DNA from: a virus
DNA length: 64,000 nt
IMG/VR virus record: IMGVR_UViG_3300025668_000798
Location: 16,364-80,363 of that record
Strand: one strand, 5' to 3'
Shown: piece by piece, positions 32,401 through 40,953 of the stretch
How the letters are laid out: each line of letters begins with the position of its first letter
Position numbering within the stretch: position 1 is the first letter of the stretch
Notes under the pieces: generated by a model
The model's database searches: none
The model's input: only the letters and a program-made list of their open reading frames with translations
Told to the model about the DNA's origin: nothing
Made by a program: the position numbers and the translations under genes

Positions 32401-35400
32401 TCAAATCTAAATCCAAGATCTTGTAGTGCTTTATCGTACCCTAACAAAAAGTCTATTACATCTTGATATCTAGGTAAAACAGTTCCGTATTGCAAATAAG
32501 AAACAGAGGCAGAGAATCTTTTACTAAACCTACCTGCTCGTCCGCCGACTGTAGGCAACTCTGCAAGTTCTGAAAATTTAGCACTCTCAAACTCGTCAAC
32601 ACTAGTATGTGTTTCGTTTACTCTGTAAAACTTTTGCGAATATCTTACAATGCCACCTGCCACGTATAATTTTTCAGCTGCCCATTCTGCAAACTCTTCA
32701 CTTATTCCGCCTACAGTTATAAACGGATCGTTTGCACTTTCTATTACTTTATTGTATGTAAATTTAGGATTATTTCTATCGTATCCGTTTATTTTATATC
32801 CTGTAGAAACCTTTTCAATTACAACGCCGCTGTATGTAACAACATCAATTGGAGAACTAGTCTTTAGGAACAAATTATAATTTTCTTGCGGAGTAAAGAT
32901 ATCTCCTGAACTATTAGGTGTTTTACTATCTAAAACTAAATTTACTTTTTCTTTATCACTAAATCCTGCCAATCTAAAACTTAAATTATAACGTAAATTT
33001 GCAATATTATTTTTATAATCATCAAAAGACATATTGTTGTATTTGATATAATCTTTTACATAATTTAACAATCCTGCACTAGGATTTACAAAATCTATTT
33101 CTTTTGCTGATATAGCATTCTTATGATTGTATATTAAGTTACCAGATAAACTTCTAGAAATTTTTGAATAGTCGTATGCATAACCAAATACTTTTGCAGG
33201 TTTTAAAAGCAATAATGCATTCAATAAGCTAAACGGATATTCACTACTTCTACGCCAGGCAGTTTCAGCAGGTCCTTGATCGCCGAATTCAAATGTGTAT
33301 CCTTCTTGGCTTGAAAAACTAAAGTCTTTTGAAAATCCAGTTTCAAACGGACTTCTAATTCTTCCATTTTCGTCAGTTGGTATTTGGCTAGTTAAATTTG
33401 GTCTTGCAAATCTAATATCTTTTCTTATTAATTTGCCTGGCTCTCTAATGATTCCAGCTTCTAAATCTTTCCATAATGGTATATTATTGCTAGTATAAGG
33501 AGCAGGACCGTAAACAGTTTCCCACCAGCTAGGCTGAATCGAAAATCCTAACATTTTCCATGGTGTTAAATTTGGTGTATCGGTGTCGTAGGCATTATTG
33601 TAAACTGCACGCCAGAATCCTTCTAATTGCTTACCACTAATATCACTTGTATTTCTATAATTATAACTGAAACTGTCACTTATGTCAATATTTTTATTTT
33701 CATTAAAATCATAAACTTGTGCAACATTAGTCCAATTAATAAAATCAGCTATCATTATATTTTCAATATCATTACGAGCTAATCCTGTAGATCTAAATCT
33801 ACCAGGAATGTAATCAAATATATCAAATAATTCAGCATTATATCTAGTTTTTACATTGTTAAAAATACGTTTTTCTAATTCAATTAAGAGGTCGTCGCGG
33901 AAGTCGTTAAATGCTACTGTTCTGCTTCCGTCATGTCCTTGGATAACTTTAGTAGGTGTACTAAATGTATTATCGAGTATAATTTGCGGTTCGTATAAAG
34001 GATACAATCCTAACTTACTTGGCGTTGGAGGAACAAAACAACCATCTGTTGTTTCAAATTCATGTATATGAATTATATCATCATTTTCAACACCTGGAAT
34101 ATTTACAAATCCTTCATCGGTAAACATATAATCTTTTATATATGTTAGCTGGACATTATTGTTATAAACTAAAACTGCTTTATGATTTAATTTGTTTAGA
34201 TTAAATGCTGTAGTCAAAGGAAAATAAGGGTTTCCGGAATCTAATACAGTATACTCAATAATGTTTTTTGCACCAAACGGAACAACATCACTATCATAGT
34301 ATGCATCTAATCTAGTTTTACTTGTAGCAAATTGCGCTAATAAATAATCAACATGTTTTTCTACAGTGTTGTTATAGCCGTCATATGTTGCAAGTCTTAA
34401 AAATTCTCTTTTAAATTTACTGTATTCTTGTAATGCAAGTTTTATAGAGTTTACTATATTATGTTCTTTAGAAGTGAAATGATATAAAGGCAAACCTATA
34501 GGGCCTGCATGTGTTACAAATCTATCTCCGTATATTTCAATATTACCCTTATCACGCAGATTTCCTACACCAGGATGTATGCCTTCAAAATTTTCTATAT
34601 TTTCTACAATAGTTTGCACATGATCGTTTACTTCGCCTATTGTGAATTCTTTTACATCAAGGTTATTTGGATTACGTTCTAGATTGTATGCAGTTTCATA
34701 ATATGCATTATCGTTTTTATCAGCACTAGTATAACACTTAATAATTATTCTATCATCAGGTTCAATTGGAGTTGTTAGTGTTACTAGTACGTTTTCAGTA
34801 AGTGTTGCACCTAAGGTATAATCTATACCTTCTTTTAAAAACTTTCTATTTGTAAATATTTTTAATTTTAAGTCTGAGAGTGTGTTACTTTTTGTAAAAC
34901 AATCTATTTCAAAATTATTTGTTTGATTTGCTCCTTGCACATCAATGATTACAGCCTGCCTACTTTTTGTATAATGCTTTTTCCAAGCATTTTCGTATAA
35001 GGTTTCTTTATCATAACTATCGGTAATTTTCACAAAACCTTGACTAGCAAGTAAATCTATATTTTCCTCGTCTTGAATGTAGCTATCTTTTTGAGCTAAC
35101 AAATCAAACTCAAATACAATATCGCCTACGTTATCTATATTTTTATATGTTACAGGAAATCCTAATTCACTATCAAGTGCTCCTGTGCCTTCTTTGTAAG
35201 CAAAAATCTTATTGCCTGTAAACGTAGTGCTTTCGTAATACGTTGTATTACTATAACTTGTTTCTGTTTTATCAAATATATCAAATACAGGTGTTTGATT
35301 TACTGAAGTTTTTTCTTGTGCTTTTTTCCATTTAGTACCATCAAAGAAATATTGTTTACCTGCATTTACTTTGCCGTCTTTTATTAAAACAATATCATTT

Positions 35401-36992
35401 TCAGATGCTGTGCTATCAGTTGCTTCTATTAAACTAATTTGTGTTTTGTTTTGAAATTTTATAAAATTCACTACATAAATTTTATTATTCACTACAGTGT
35501 CTGAATCATTAGTAAACAAAATACGCATTCCGTCTACTAAATTTACATTGTCAATATTGTAACCTTCTTGTCCTTCGATAATAGAAAATATATCATTTGT
35601 CCAGTCATCTATTAGATCAATCGGATCTTTACATACAGTACCGTTATGATACATTTTGATGCCTGGCTTAAATTCAATAATTGGACGTTTTCCTCTACTG
35701 TTTGCAGGCAACGTATATTCTTGATTATTAATTTTTGCACTTTGTTCGATTACACTTATATGGAACCATCTGTTGTATCTTGCCCAAGGGTTTTTGTCTA
35801 CACTAGAACGATTACTTACAATATAATCTTTTACAGCAGGATAACCAAGTGCTGTACTCCAAGGCAATCTATCAAACCCATATACATCAAACGCTACATC
35901 TTCGTCGCCTAAAAGCAAATCTGCTGTGCTTAAATCATCAACAGAAATTAAAACAATTTCTTTGCCTACGCCGTCAACATAAAACACACCATCTTGATAT
36001 TTTTCAGGAATTACTGTTCCGGTAAATTGCACTTTCATGCCATTAGATAAATTCCACCCATCAGCAGTTGTGTAACTTACTTTGCCTAAAATTTCTTTAT
36101 CTATATCAATAAAACTATTTTCTTCAATAGTCGATATTCTTATAAGTCCGCTTGTATTAATATCTTCTTTACTAATATAAAAAAGTTCATCTGGAGCATT
36201 TTCAGGCACTGTAAACTCAATTACACCTTTGCTTACATAACCATCTGCATCTGCATCTGTCGTTACAATACCGTCTGTATATAATGTGCTTTCGTTTGTT
36301 ACACTATCTTCAAATGTAAGTCCAGGTAAAAATTCTCTACTTATTGCAAAAGCAAAAGGATTTCCTTCTGCATTTATTTCAAATCTATATGTCTGCCCTC
36401 TATACAAGTTAAGCAAAGGATTTCTAGTAAGTTTATCTGGTGTAAATAAATATGCAAAATTGTCTGTTTCTTCAACTACGTTGATTTTGTATGTGCTTTC
36501 GACATCACGCGAATTGCCAGGAACAGTTACAACTTGAGGACCGTTAGGTAACCAGTAATATTCACGAAAATTTGTAAATTTGTCAAAATCAATATGAGGG
36601 TTCCAAGAATATATTTCTTGTTCATTTAGTTTACTGTGATTGCTTGTGTTGCTATAAAAACTTTTTATTTGCCCTATATAGTCAATATAATCCTTATGAA
36701 AAGTAATATTGCCTAAATCGTCTCTGATGTTTACACTAGGATCTAATTGATAATTTGATCTTAGAGAATTTATTTCAGTAAGATATGTACTATTGTTTGC
36801 ATTTGCTTTTGCATTTTTTCTTCCAACAAATGCATTTATTTTTTCAACTGCACCCGAAGAAAATAATTGATCAATTGTAGAACTTGTAAGTTTTTCATTA
36901 GTACTTGTTCTAAAATAACGAGGTAAGAACCTACTACTTTTTTTACTGTTATCACCAACTGGAAATTCTGGTTGCTGGTCTTCGTATGCCAT
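23406..36992 (-). CDS. Giant (4528 aa) baseplate wedge/adhesin-like structural protein in the gp7 position
   Basis: Uninterrupted ORF directly after gp6. Contains FG-GAP-like repeats, CBM5/12-like modules, GYGY..AP.V.I.G repeats, F.GDG.T..F repeats and a C-terminal IEGERIEY...RRGTLGT. Confidence 0.75.
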   Translation of the reverse strand: MAYEDQQPEFPVGDNSKKSSRFLPRYFRTSTNEKLTSSTIDQLFSSGAVEKINAFVGRKNAKANANNSTYLTEINSLRSNYQLDPSVNIRDDLGNITFHKDYIDYIGQIKSFYSNTSNHSKLNEQEIYSWNPHIDFDKFTNFREYYWLPNGPQVVTVPGNSRDVESTYKINVVEETDNFAYLFTPDKLTRNPLLNLYRGQTYRFEINAEGNPFAFAISREFLPGLTFEDSVTNESTLYTDGIVTTDADADGYVSKGVIEFTVPENAPDELFYISKEDINTSGLIRISTIEENSFIDIDKEILGKVSYTTADGWNLSNGMKVQFTGTVIPEKYQDGVFYVDGVGKEIVLISVDDLSTADLLLGDEDVAFDVYGFDRLPWSTALGYPAVKDYIVSNRSSVDKNPWARYNRWFHISVIEQSAKINNQEYTLPANSRGKRPIIEFKPGIKMYHNGTVCKDPIDLIDDWTNDIFSIIEGQEGYNIDNVNLVDGMRILFTNDSDTVVNNKIYVVNFIKFQNKTQISLIEATDSTASENDIVLIKDGKVNAGKQYFFDGTKWKKAQEKTSVNQTPVFDIFDKTETSYSNTTYYESTTFTGNKIFAYKEGTGALDSELGFPVTYKNIDNVGDIVFEFDLLAQKDSYIQDEENIDLLASQGFVKITDSYDKETLYENAWKKHYTKSRQAVIIDVQGANQTNNFEIDCFTKSNTLSDLKLKIFTNRKFLKEGIDYTLGATLTENVLVTLTTPIEPDDRIIIKCYTSADKNDNAYYETAYNLERNPNNLDVKEFTIGEVNDHVQTIVENIENFEGIHPGVGNLRDKGNIEIYGDRFVTHAGPIGLPLYHFTSKEHNIVNSIKLALQEYSKFKREFLRLATYDGYNNTVEKHVDYLLAQFATSKTRLDAYYDSDVVPFGAKNIIEYTVLDSGNPYFPLTTAFNLNKLNHKAVLVYNNNVQLTYIKDYMFTDEGFVNIPGVENDDIIHIHEFETTDGCFVPPTPSKLGLYPLYEPQIILDNTFSTPTKVIQGHDGSRTVAFNDFRDDLLIELEKRIFNNVKTRYNAELFDIFDYIPGRFRSTGLARNDIENIMIADFINWTNVAQVYDFNENKNIDISDSFSYNYRNTSDISGKQLEGFWRAVYNNAYDTDTPNLTPWKMLGFSIQPSWWETVYGPAPYTSNNIPLWKDLEAGIIREPGKLIRKDIRFARPNLTSQIPTDENGRIRSPFETGFSKDFSFSSQEGYTFEFGDQGPAETAWRRSSEYPFSLLNALLLLKPAKVFGYAYDYSKISRSLSGNLIYNHKNAISAKEIDFVNPSAGLLNYVKDYIKYNNMSFDDYKNNIANLRYNLSFRLAGFSDKEKVNLVLDSKTPNSSGDIFTPQENYNLFLKTSSPIDVVTYSGVVIEKVSTGYKINGYDRNNPKFTYNKVIESANDPFITVGGISEEFAEWAAEKLYVAGGIVRYSQKFYRVNETHTSVDEFESAKFSELAELPTVGGRAGRFSKRFSASVSYLQYGTVLPRYQDVIDFLLGYDKALQDLGFRFDYNNAKYGIVENFRLAAKEFLFWTTQNWGDQSVISLSPSANKIVFKRDFYLPDNLYDSIFNYEILDQDGKLFKTDFVNLVRETDNTFSLASNDEGTGVYFVRLFLVQKEHCIVIDNDTVFADTIYNETSGYRQERLKVIGYRTADWSGTLNIPGFVFDEPKATKWKSFSDYIIGDVIAYKDKYYTATLSHTSGEFFDQTNWTVLTETPKNQLIPNFDYRASQFADFYDLDTDNFDTEQQRLAQHLIGYQKREYLKNIINDEISQYKFYQGMIQDKGTKNVLTKLFDKLSSSGKDSIEFFEEWAIRAGQYGATDSFEEFEITIDESKYKLTPQPFELVSSVDKTRSDFIYQVPRSDINIKPANYNNKLFPFAEYEEVTKTAGYVAPAQIDFITSGVDQLLGFDINLVKQGQYVWVTNDKLSWNVYEFKKTNYQVERITKTLTGFKVSLDSNHNLKSGDIIGLTNINDELDGFRQVIYTGYKELEFYTEENITEDIDLSDSSAGIVIQVAPRRFTNLDDYNTILRNTDVQVGNKAWIDDIGNNKWAVLENKPVYDVEDIVVNPQTGLVTNFGDSLAVNQTNTKLAVGDPNTNGRVIVYTRIGDGGDFSSPENYQADTSVVGTNSQFGASVALSPSGDFLFVGAPNAANLRTRYKGNILPGTSYSAGEIVNDRGTLWRAKVDVDGSDVSTINKMSQDWERANLIDVDPDGSLTGSILGAVCVYKKEDVGNEYELVTTILSPEPVSDDNFGRIVKCRKDIDGVLRLYIASNEAEGRIYFFDNDTTDGSWKYSRDDNYRGTFNPTENYIQGEIVWYNTTGGADGNRHLWRANKDLPAQSFSETNWELLDQYVDHKGYIPPQNELLNDESDNLGVAGGQKIATSFDVSVNGEVLVVNGEDTLNTNVVSVYRRVNNRYAYYETIETANLAQEFGSEVAVSANGNAIAINAIRNDDTGTNNGAVFVYRYTGNEYGLNQTLYPPTGEPGELFGISLNFSEENLIIASANGSRFVPTLFDQTIVRNNDTSFDSNTTKFFNKFPNAGTVYIFQNFNNNYLYAEELDWNYDTKNSSTPVLLTNANHIYISYPRLEYTADYGVVLDIKRDKQNYSWTKLSEQIDTPDISKIKRAFLFDKNTNDIVTFLDVIDPIQGKIAGVADEAIDLKLAFDPASYSVDTTTSNNQDFWANEYVGTYWWNTESTKWYNPFQGNAETQTSFWNKLLPDSDTQVYEWVESDYIPSEYDELADTNEGIELGISGFSKYGDFKYSVGRKYNAVTETFNTKYYFWVQNNRLLSNTNKKISSYDAEQLITDPQSAGYVFMSALSTDKFALHNVQPFVKDKDIALHIDVYKGEINDRNIHTEYKLLSEGLAGSNPPDTFIEKWIDSLVGYDKNLRPVPDLELGESKKYGIENRPRQGLFRNSLEALKQTIERINYILRQQIITDFKDLKDLDKNDIKPRLLEGIFDVEVATLDEIANIGVANAKLAVITPTLLDGKLVSVSIDEQGYGYKSAPKVIITGNGTEAEIQTTIDNLGRVIGATIINTGKNYSSINVSVRPFTFLVTNDSTINGKWALYEYDYSLNYNRVQYQKWNVANFWNYADWYATGYDENTSINYLIDGSYQLDGLNDIIGDVVKIKDIGTGGWLLLQKIDVQTEVDYTVNYKTVGRQNGTIQFSSKLYQNTNFGFDKVGFDNLVYDTEPVNERRIILQTLKDKVFIDDLSIKFNDILFTAIRYALYEQQTVDWIFKTSFLTAKHNIGMFDQRTNFKSDNLDSYKEFINEVKPYSSKIREYISAYENLENSQTLTTDFDLPPRYDDIQNKIVTETIKFYNSNVVGNREFVNTYPQKNWLDNYKFKIKELVIHDAGYGLLNQPVVTVSGGNGPTLTGKGYRTGDKLTSIDIAYNEAVYTSQPTITINGSFADDYKLPVVIAILGDSPVRSTHMTMKFDRVSGNFVFTDLKTVETFTGTGAKKSFNTKWPLDLRKSRVNVTVDGNNVLYTNYTLSNVEDTTKTYSRNLGNLLFETAPANNATIEITYYKDPAMLSAADRINAFYNPKEGMPGITKNEDGTINLGQLMTGLDYEGVNIESVDFSTDQGFDVGGFGIIPWDIFSESEDEIFVLDGSTLVFTLSKPLEDGVSYNIYKNNVRIDDPNFDGSSVIINKNALMNTIYGDGIQDTIPIDDTVPTAAGDIFIVRKETSDGSFEPADNVLDTELSGGGYDNTAKGLESGEITVDGDGFVTQTTSAGPEEVVPGQIVDTLDIQVKHKPADGQGIKTSYIYKTKSSILSYSIDMLPQSQQAVIVNINGQKVDDESYTIDYENNLLIFEDDSTIQDDMDLHILVIGNNGTDILESDTFIGDGATSIFVTGVKYTNPISSFVTINGVVQQPSFAYEIFETDATYKNEKCAAIRFGIPPRVGEVIGFSLYNNDTKSFSEITVDKSFIGDGVNYVYKFNNNTPFTEKPFTHKMLVKQGDKFLNAGYNIRHVLTNDRVYGIQTWQFGQPTKISNDDVLVLLNNKIIIDAVDYRWDAINSRIEFLNPLLGKVGDVLEIYVLGNGEYYFIDTVVDLTDMEDSTKQGLLHDEGDLISFVMEDSTQIFATVKSSVETDTGVTLTLNGYFKELKVKASENDVPLQLTGVKDEAYPAAIRIDNVRFVESENLTFKTVPAVNEKVEIITFSEHDVNNFDRLSFEVLYSPVISSSSPEYPTAISLTNGRIKLNQPAAGVNYVWVIQNNKLLRPSIDYELVSDNSIVNLFKKPNDNEIIEIIQFAATLTTTKYGFRIFKDMLNRVHYKRLNEKSVVKLSQPLNFYDQFISVEDTTNLPIPNRTTGKPGVVFIEGERIEYYVLEGNLLRQIRRGTLGTGVKSQYPAGTILMEQGERETIPYADKDLTQIFVSDGSTNIYTMDFDITSYNEIEVVVGGKKLRKPATQDFKVFNKTIDQDSPEADEIELPEFTINPDDNTITLRDDAPTGVRIVVQRKEGKLWTDDLSISDAKIARFVRAGTIKLSK
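24651..24725. repeat. 15-nt direct repeat (AGTACTGTCTTCCAT) with copies 60 nt apart, encoding MEDST twice
   Basis: Identical copies at 24651-24665 and 24711-24725. Confidence 0.85.
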
Positions 36993-37010
36993 ACTGTCTT
37001 ATTCCTCTAG

Positions 37011-40000
37011 TTATTCACTTAATGTACTACTTTGAATGTTAACATTTTCAGTATTTGTTGCTGTAACTACTTGTCCGGTAGCTTTTAATCTTGTTGCTGT
37101 AATAGCATCGATAATTTCAATGTCGTTTACTGTTGCTGCGCTAACAAATATTTCATTGCTTTCCGCTTTAATTTCATAAAGACTACCAAAACTTTGATTT
37201 TCTTGAACCGGCACTAATACGATGCTGGCAATATCTGGACTTAATTTAGAAACAATATAAGTAGAAAGTTCACTAAAATAAAACGTTTCTCCAAAGTCCC
37301 AATTTTCTAAACTAAAAAATGTGTTAATAGCAGTAATAACTCTAGCTTTTACATCATTGTCATTTAATACTTGTTCGTTATTTTTAACAATCTTAATTTT
37401 TGCTTGTAAATCAACAGCAGCTTTGTTACCAAATAATGCTTTGTATTTTACCGGATGATATATTACTTCATCGCTTATGCTTTTACGTTTGTTGATTTCT
37501 TGTCCATATTGTATAAACAATTCATCACTACTCGGCGGCAGAGGTTTATCAACAATTTCATTGGTTAACCATTTTCTATATTCTGTGTCATAAGATCTAG
37601 TTAATAAAAAAGTATCAATCATGTTAGATACACTTGGATCAAGTCTACGATTTTCGTTTGCAGCATGATAATATCTAAATTTTATATTATCTCTACCAAT
37701 AAATGCACGATATTCATCTGTAATAACTAATCTATTACCAGTAAGTTTTTTAAATAAATCTACTGCTCTAAAATAAAATACTGTACCTTCGGTGTACTGG
37801 CTTAATGCGCCAATGTTTTGTTCTACTTCAAAAGTATCTACAATACCTTCTACTGAATTATCAACAGCATAAAACGCCTCTGCATCACCTTCTAACATTT
37901 TTTTCTCATATACATAAGTGTTGTTATCAACTGCTACAAATTGAGTAAAAATATCAGGGTCATCAACTATTCCATCATCGTCGGTATCATAAAAGTCTAT
38001 TTCAACTTTTGTGCTATCAACATAATTGTCTATGTTTATATAATCACTAACAATTTGCCAATCAATATCTGTTGTAAAATAATCTAAAGATAATGGCTTA
38101 TTATTAATATTCAAAAGTTGTATTTTATCTTTAACTATTTTCTGCGTTCTACTATCGTAAATTTTATCTACTTTATCAAAGTAAAATCTTATTTCATCTA
38201 AACTACTGAAAACATAACGCAATCCTCTGTATGTTACAGTATAATAAACACCATTGGTTTCAAATAATATCAACCAGCTGCCGTCTAAGTTTCTACCACT
38301 TATGTCTCCAGTACTACTTAAACTGAATTCTCTACTTGATGTTAAATCTTTGTCTAAAATTACATCCCATTGACTTTTGTTAAAATCATAACGTAAACCA
38401 AAACGTTTAAATGCAAACATCTGTTCTACAAACAGGTTTATAGTATCATCTGTAAACACTTTATTAAGTACAGGAATTATTTCAACAAGTTTACTATTTG
38501 TTGGAATATTATCATTTAAAATAACAGGTCCTAAATTAGTATTTGGATCGTTTACTGTTCCGTTTTCAAATACACTAATAACCTTTACCCATTTATAAAG
38601 TATTGCACCTTTAGTAGTTGGATTTCCTAGTACAAGTTTATTGTTATTTGTACTATCAAAATAATATCCAGTTGGTGCTTCAAATTTTAAGTAAGAGCCT
38701 GGCTTGACATATGTTAACAATCCGCTTGTAAAACTACCTAGTGTTGCTACGATTGTATCACTATCTATAAATCTACCACTACATCTGTTTAGATCAAACG
38801 TTTCTTTGTTCCATGCTAATTCAAAATTACTAATAGTTTGATTGCGAGGATATTGATCTAAATAATAATTACGCATTTTGCTATCTTTAATTAAATCAAT
38901 TATTGTGTTTCTTGCAAAAAATTCTATATCTGTTTGATTTACAAATTCAAAGTTAATTTTTTCTTGCATATATTCGCGGTAAATGATTCCATCATTGCCG
39001 TAAAGATTTGTGTTACTGTATTTTCCAGTACTATCTCTTAAATCAAAATATCTACTTACGCCACTGCTAGTTCTGTTAACACTTTTAGTTTTAACAATTT
39101 CTTGGCTAACACTTAGCGGACCTACATTGTAGTCTTCGCCTGTAATAAGTCTATCTTGTGTGTAATAATTACTCGGTGCATTTTGTTTAATGCTTTCGTT
39201 TGTTTCACTTGTAGATGCATTAGTAACAGCATTTTGTAATTCTAGTACAAGTGATATTTTTTCTGCTTTTCCTGCTTTGCTTATGTAAGGTACAACTACG
39301 TTAATACCTGTAAATTCTGCAGGAACAATACGCACAGAACTATTAGCACTTTGTCTATAATAAATTCTAAACTGACCTTTTGGAATGTTGCCAAAAATTC
39401 CATCACTGAATACTAAACTTACTGTATCATTTACTTTTGTTAAAACTGTATAAATGTCTTTAACATTTTTTTCTAAACTGTTATATACAATGTTGTTGCC
39501 TTCAACTGCATCAACTTTATTCCATAAATCTGATTCATTTCCGTCTGCATTAAGTTTGTATAACCAGACATCGTCATTGTTGATATTTGCAGTGTTTACA
39601 TCTACCGTTTCGTGTGGTGCTGCTACTTCTAAATTAAATTGATTATTAAGTAATTTACCCTGTCTAAAGTGTAAAAAATATCCACTGTTTGAACTACCTG
39701 GTCCTCGACCATTGTCTCTATATAAAAATGCTAAATTATTTCCAGGTAATGGTGCTTCTTCATATATTGAATCATTATCAAAGTTAGTGCTAACAACTTC
39801 AAACGATTCTTTTTTGTTATCTATTGCTTTTGAAAATTCATATACTGGCACAGTGTTACTTGTGCTGTTAAATCTATACAACTGTGTTGTAACTCCATTA
39901 ACCGAACCTGCTTTTAAAGGTTTGCCAATACCATTTTGCACTGGTAATGCAGCATTTAAAATTCTTGTATATTGCTCACGCCAGTTTGTGTTTGTAGTAT

Positions 40001-40436
40001 CATTCCACAATATACTTTGATTTGCTAAATTAAGATTATTACTGTCAACAATAGATTCAGTAGTACTCAAACTTACAAGTTTGAGTAGTCCGTTTGCAGG
40101 TTTGTTTCTTTTTGGATTATAACTTAATAATCTAGCATGTCTTAACACACTTTCTCTACGCTCAGCAAGTTCTAAAAAGTTATCTCTGGCATTTAGATCA
40201 ACACGATAACTGATGTTTTGACCTAAAAATGCAATCAAGTCAATAAGTGCAATATATTCACTGCTTTCAATATAATCGTTAAAATCTTCTGGATAGTTTT
40301 CACGAAGATAATTGATCATTGTTCTGCGAAGATTGTCAAAATCATAACTCTTAAAGTCAGCATTGCGGAAGGTTTGATATATACGCTTCCAGTCTTCGGC
40401 TTTTAGCAGTTTGTTTTGTCTATCAGTTATAGCCAT
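37011..40436 (-). CDS. gp6: Baseplate wedge subunit gp6-like
   Basis: YDFDNLRRTMINYL...DFNDYIESSE...LIDLIAF...FLELAERRESVLRHARLLSYNPKR, FSDGIFG.IP and E.NESIKQNAP..Y.TQDRLIT.EDY. Confidence 0.85.
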   Translation of the reverse strand: MAITDRQNKLLKAEDWKRIYQTFRNADFKSYDFDNLRRTMINYLRENYPEDFNDYIESSEYIALIDLIAFLGQNISYRVDLNARDNFLELAERRESVLRHARLLSYNPKRNKPANGLLKLVSLSTTESIVDSNNLNLANQSILWNDTTNTNWREQYTRILNAALPVQNGIGKPLKAGSVNGVTTQLYRFNSTSNTVPVYEFSKAIDNKKESFEVVSTNFDNDSIYEEAPLPGNNLAFLYRDNGRGPGSSNSGYFLHFRQGKLLNNQFNLEVAAPHETVDVNTANINNDDVWLYKLNADGNESDLWNKVDAVEGNNIVYNSLEKNVKDIYTVLTKVNDTVSLVFSDGIFGNIPKGQFRIYYRQSANSSVRIVPAEFTGINVVVPYISKAGKAEKISLVLELQNAVTNASTSETNESIKQNAPSNYYTQDRLITGEDYNVGPLSVSQEIVKTKSVNRTSSGVSRYFDLRDSTGKYSNTNLYGNDGIIYREYMQEKINFEFVNQTDIEFFARNTIIDLIKDSKMRNYYLDQYPRNQTISNFELAWNKETFDLNRCSGRFIDSDTIVATLGSFTSGLLTYVKPGSYLKFEAPTGYYFDSTNNNKLVLGNPTTKGAILYKWVKVISVFENGTVNDPNTNLGPVILNDNIPTNSKLVEIIPVLNKVFTDDTINLFVEQMFAFKRFGLRYDFNKSQWDVILDKDLTSSREFSLSSTGDISGRNLDGSWLILFETNGVYYTVTYRGLRYVFSSLDEIRFYFDKVDKIYDSRTQKIVKDKIQLLNINNKPLSLDYFTTDIDWQIVSDYINIDNYVDSTKVEIDFYDTDDDGIVDDPDIFTQFVAVDNNTYVYEKKMLEGDAEAFYAVDNSVEGIVDTFEVEQNIGALSQYTEGTVFYFRAVDLFKKLTGNRLVITDEYRAFIGRDNIKFRYYHAANENRRLDPSVSNMIDTFLLTRSYDTEYRKWLTNEIVDKPLPPSSDELFIQYGQEINKRKSISDEVIYHPVKYKALFGNKAAVDLQAKIKIVKNNEQVLNDNDVKARVITAINTFFSLENWDFGETFYFSELSTYIVSKLSPDIASIVLVPVQENQSFGSLYEIKAESNEIFVSAATVNDIEIIDAITATRLKATGQVVTATNTENVNIQSSTLSE

Positions 40437-40488
40437 AGAGATATTCCTTTAATACAGTAATATTTATCGCTTTGAATAAACTACGCAG

Positions 40489-40917
40489 TTAAATTAAACC
40501 AGCATTTTGGTCGAAGCGCATTTGTAATTTTTCGCTGATACTATAAGGCAAATATGTAAGTTGAACTTCAATTTGTAGACCGTGTTCATAGCTATCTATT
40601 GCAACTTTATCTACACTTACTCTTGGATCGTAATTTACTATATCTGTAACATTTTTTTCTACTGCTAATTTTAAATCGTCGGTAAGAGGTTCAAATAATA
40701 TATCCCAAATAATTGTACCAAAGGTAGGATTTTCTAATTTTTCGCCCTGTCTTATATGAAAATGATTTAGAATGTCTTGTTTAATTAATTCTAAATCATA
40801 TAATTTAAATTTTTTAGGACGGCCAACAGTGCTAACACCTTTATAGGATTTACTTTTCACAGGTGATTGAACAGTGTTTATACCAACAGTAGTATTTTTG
40901 TATATCTTTTGTACCAT
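40489..40917 (-). CDS. gp25: Baseplate wedge subunit gp25-like
   Basis: D.ELIKQDILNHFHIRQGEKLENPTFGTIIWDILFEP...YDPRV. Confidence 0.9.
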   Translation of the reverse strand: MVQKIYKNTTVGINTVQSPVKSKSYKGVSTVGRPKKFKLYDLELIKQDILNHFHIRQGEKLENPTFGTIIWDILFEPLTDDLKLAVEKNVTDIVNYDPRVSVDKVAIDSYEHGLQIEVQLTYLPYSISEKLQMRFDQNAGLI

Positions 40918-40953
40918 AACGTATTTACCTTAAAAAATTAACCTATAATATTG

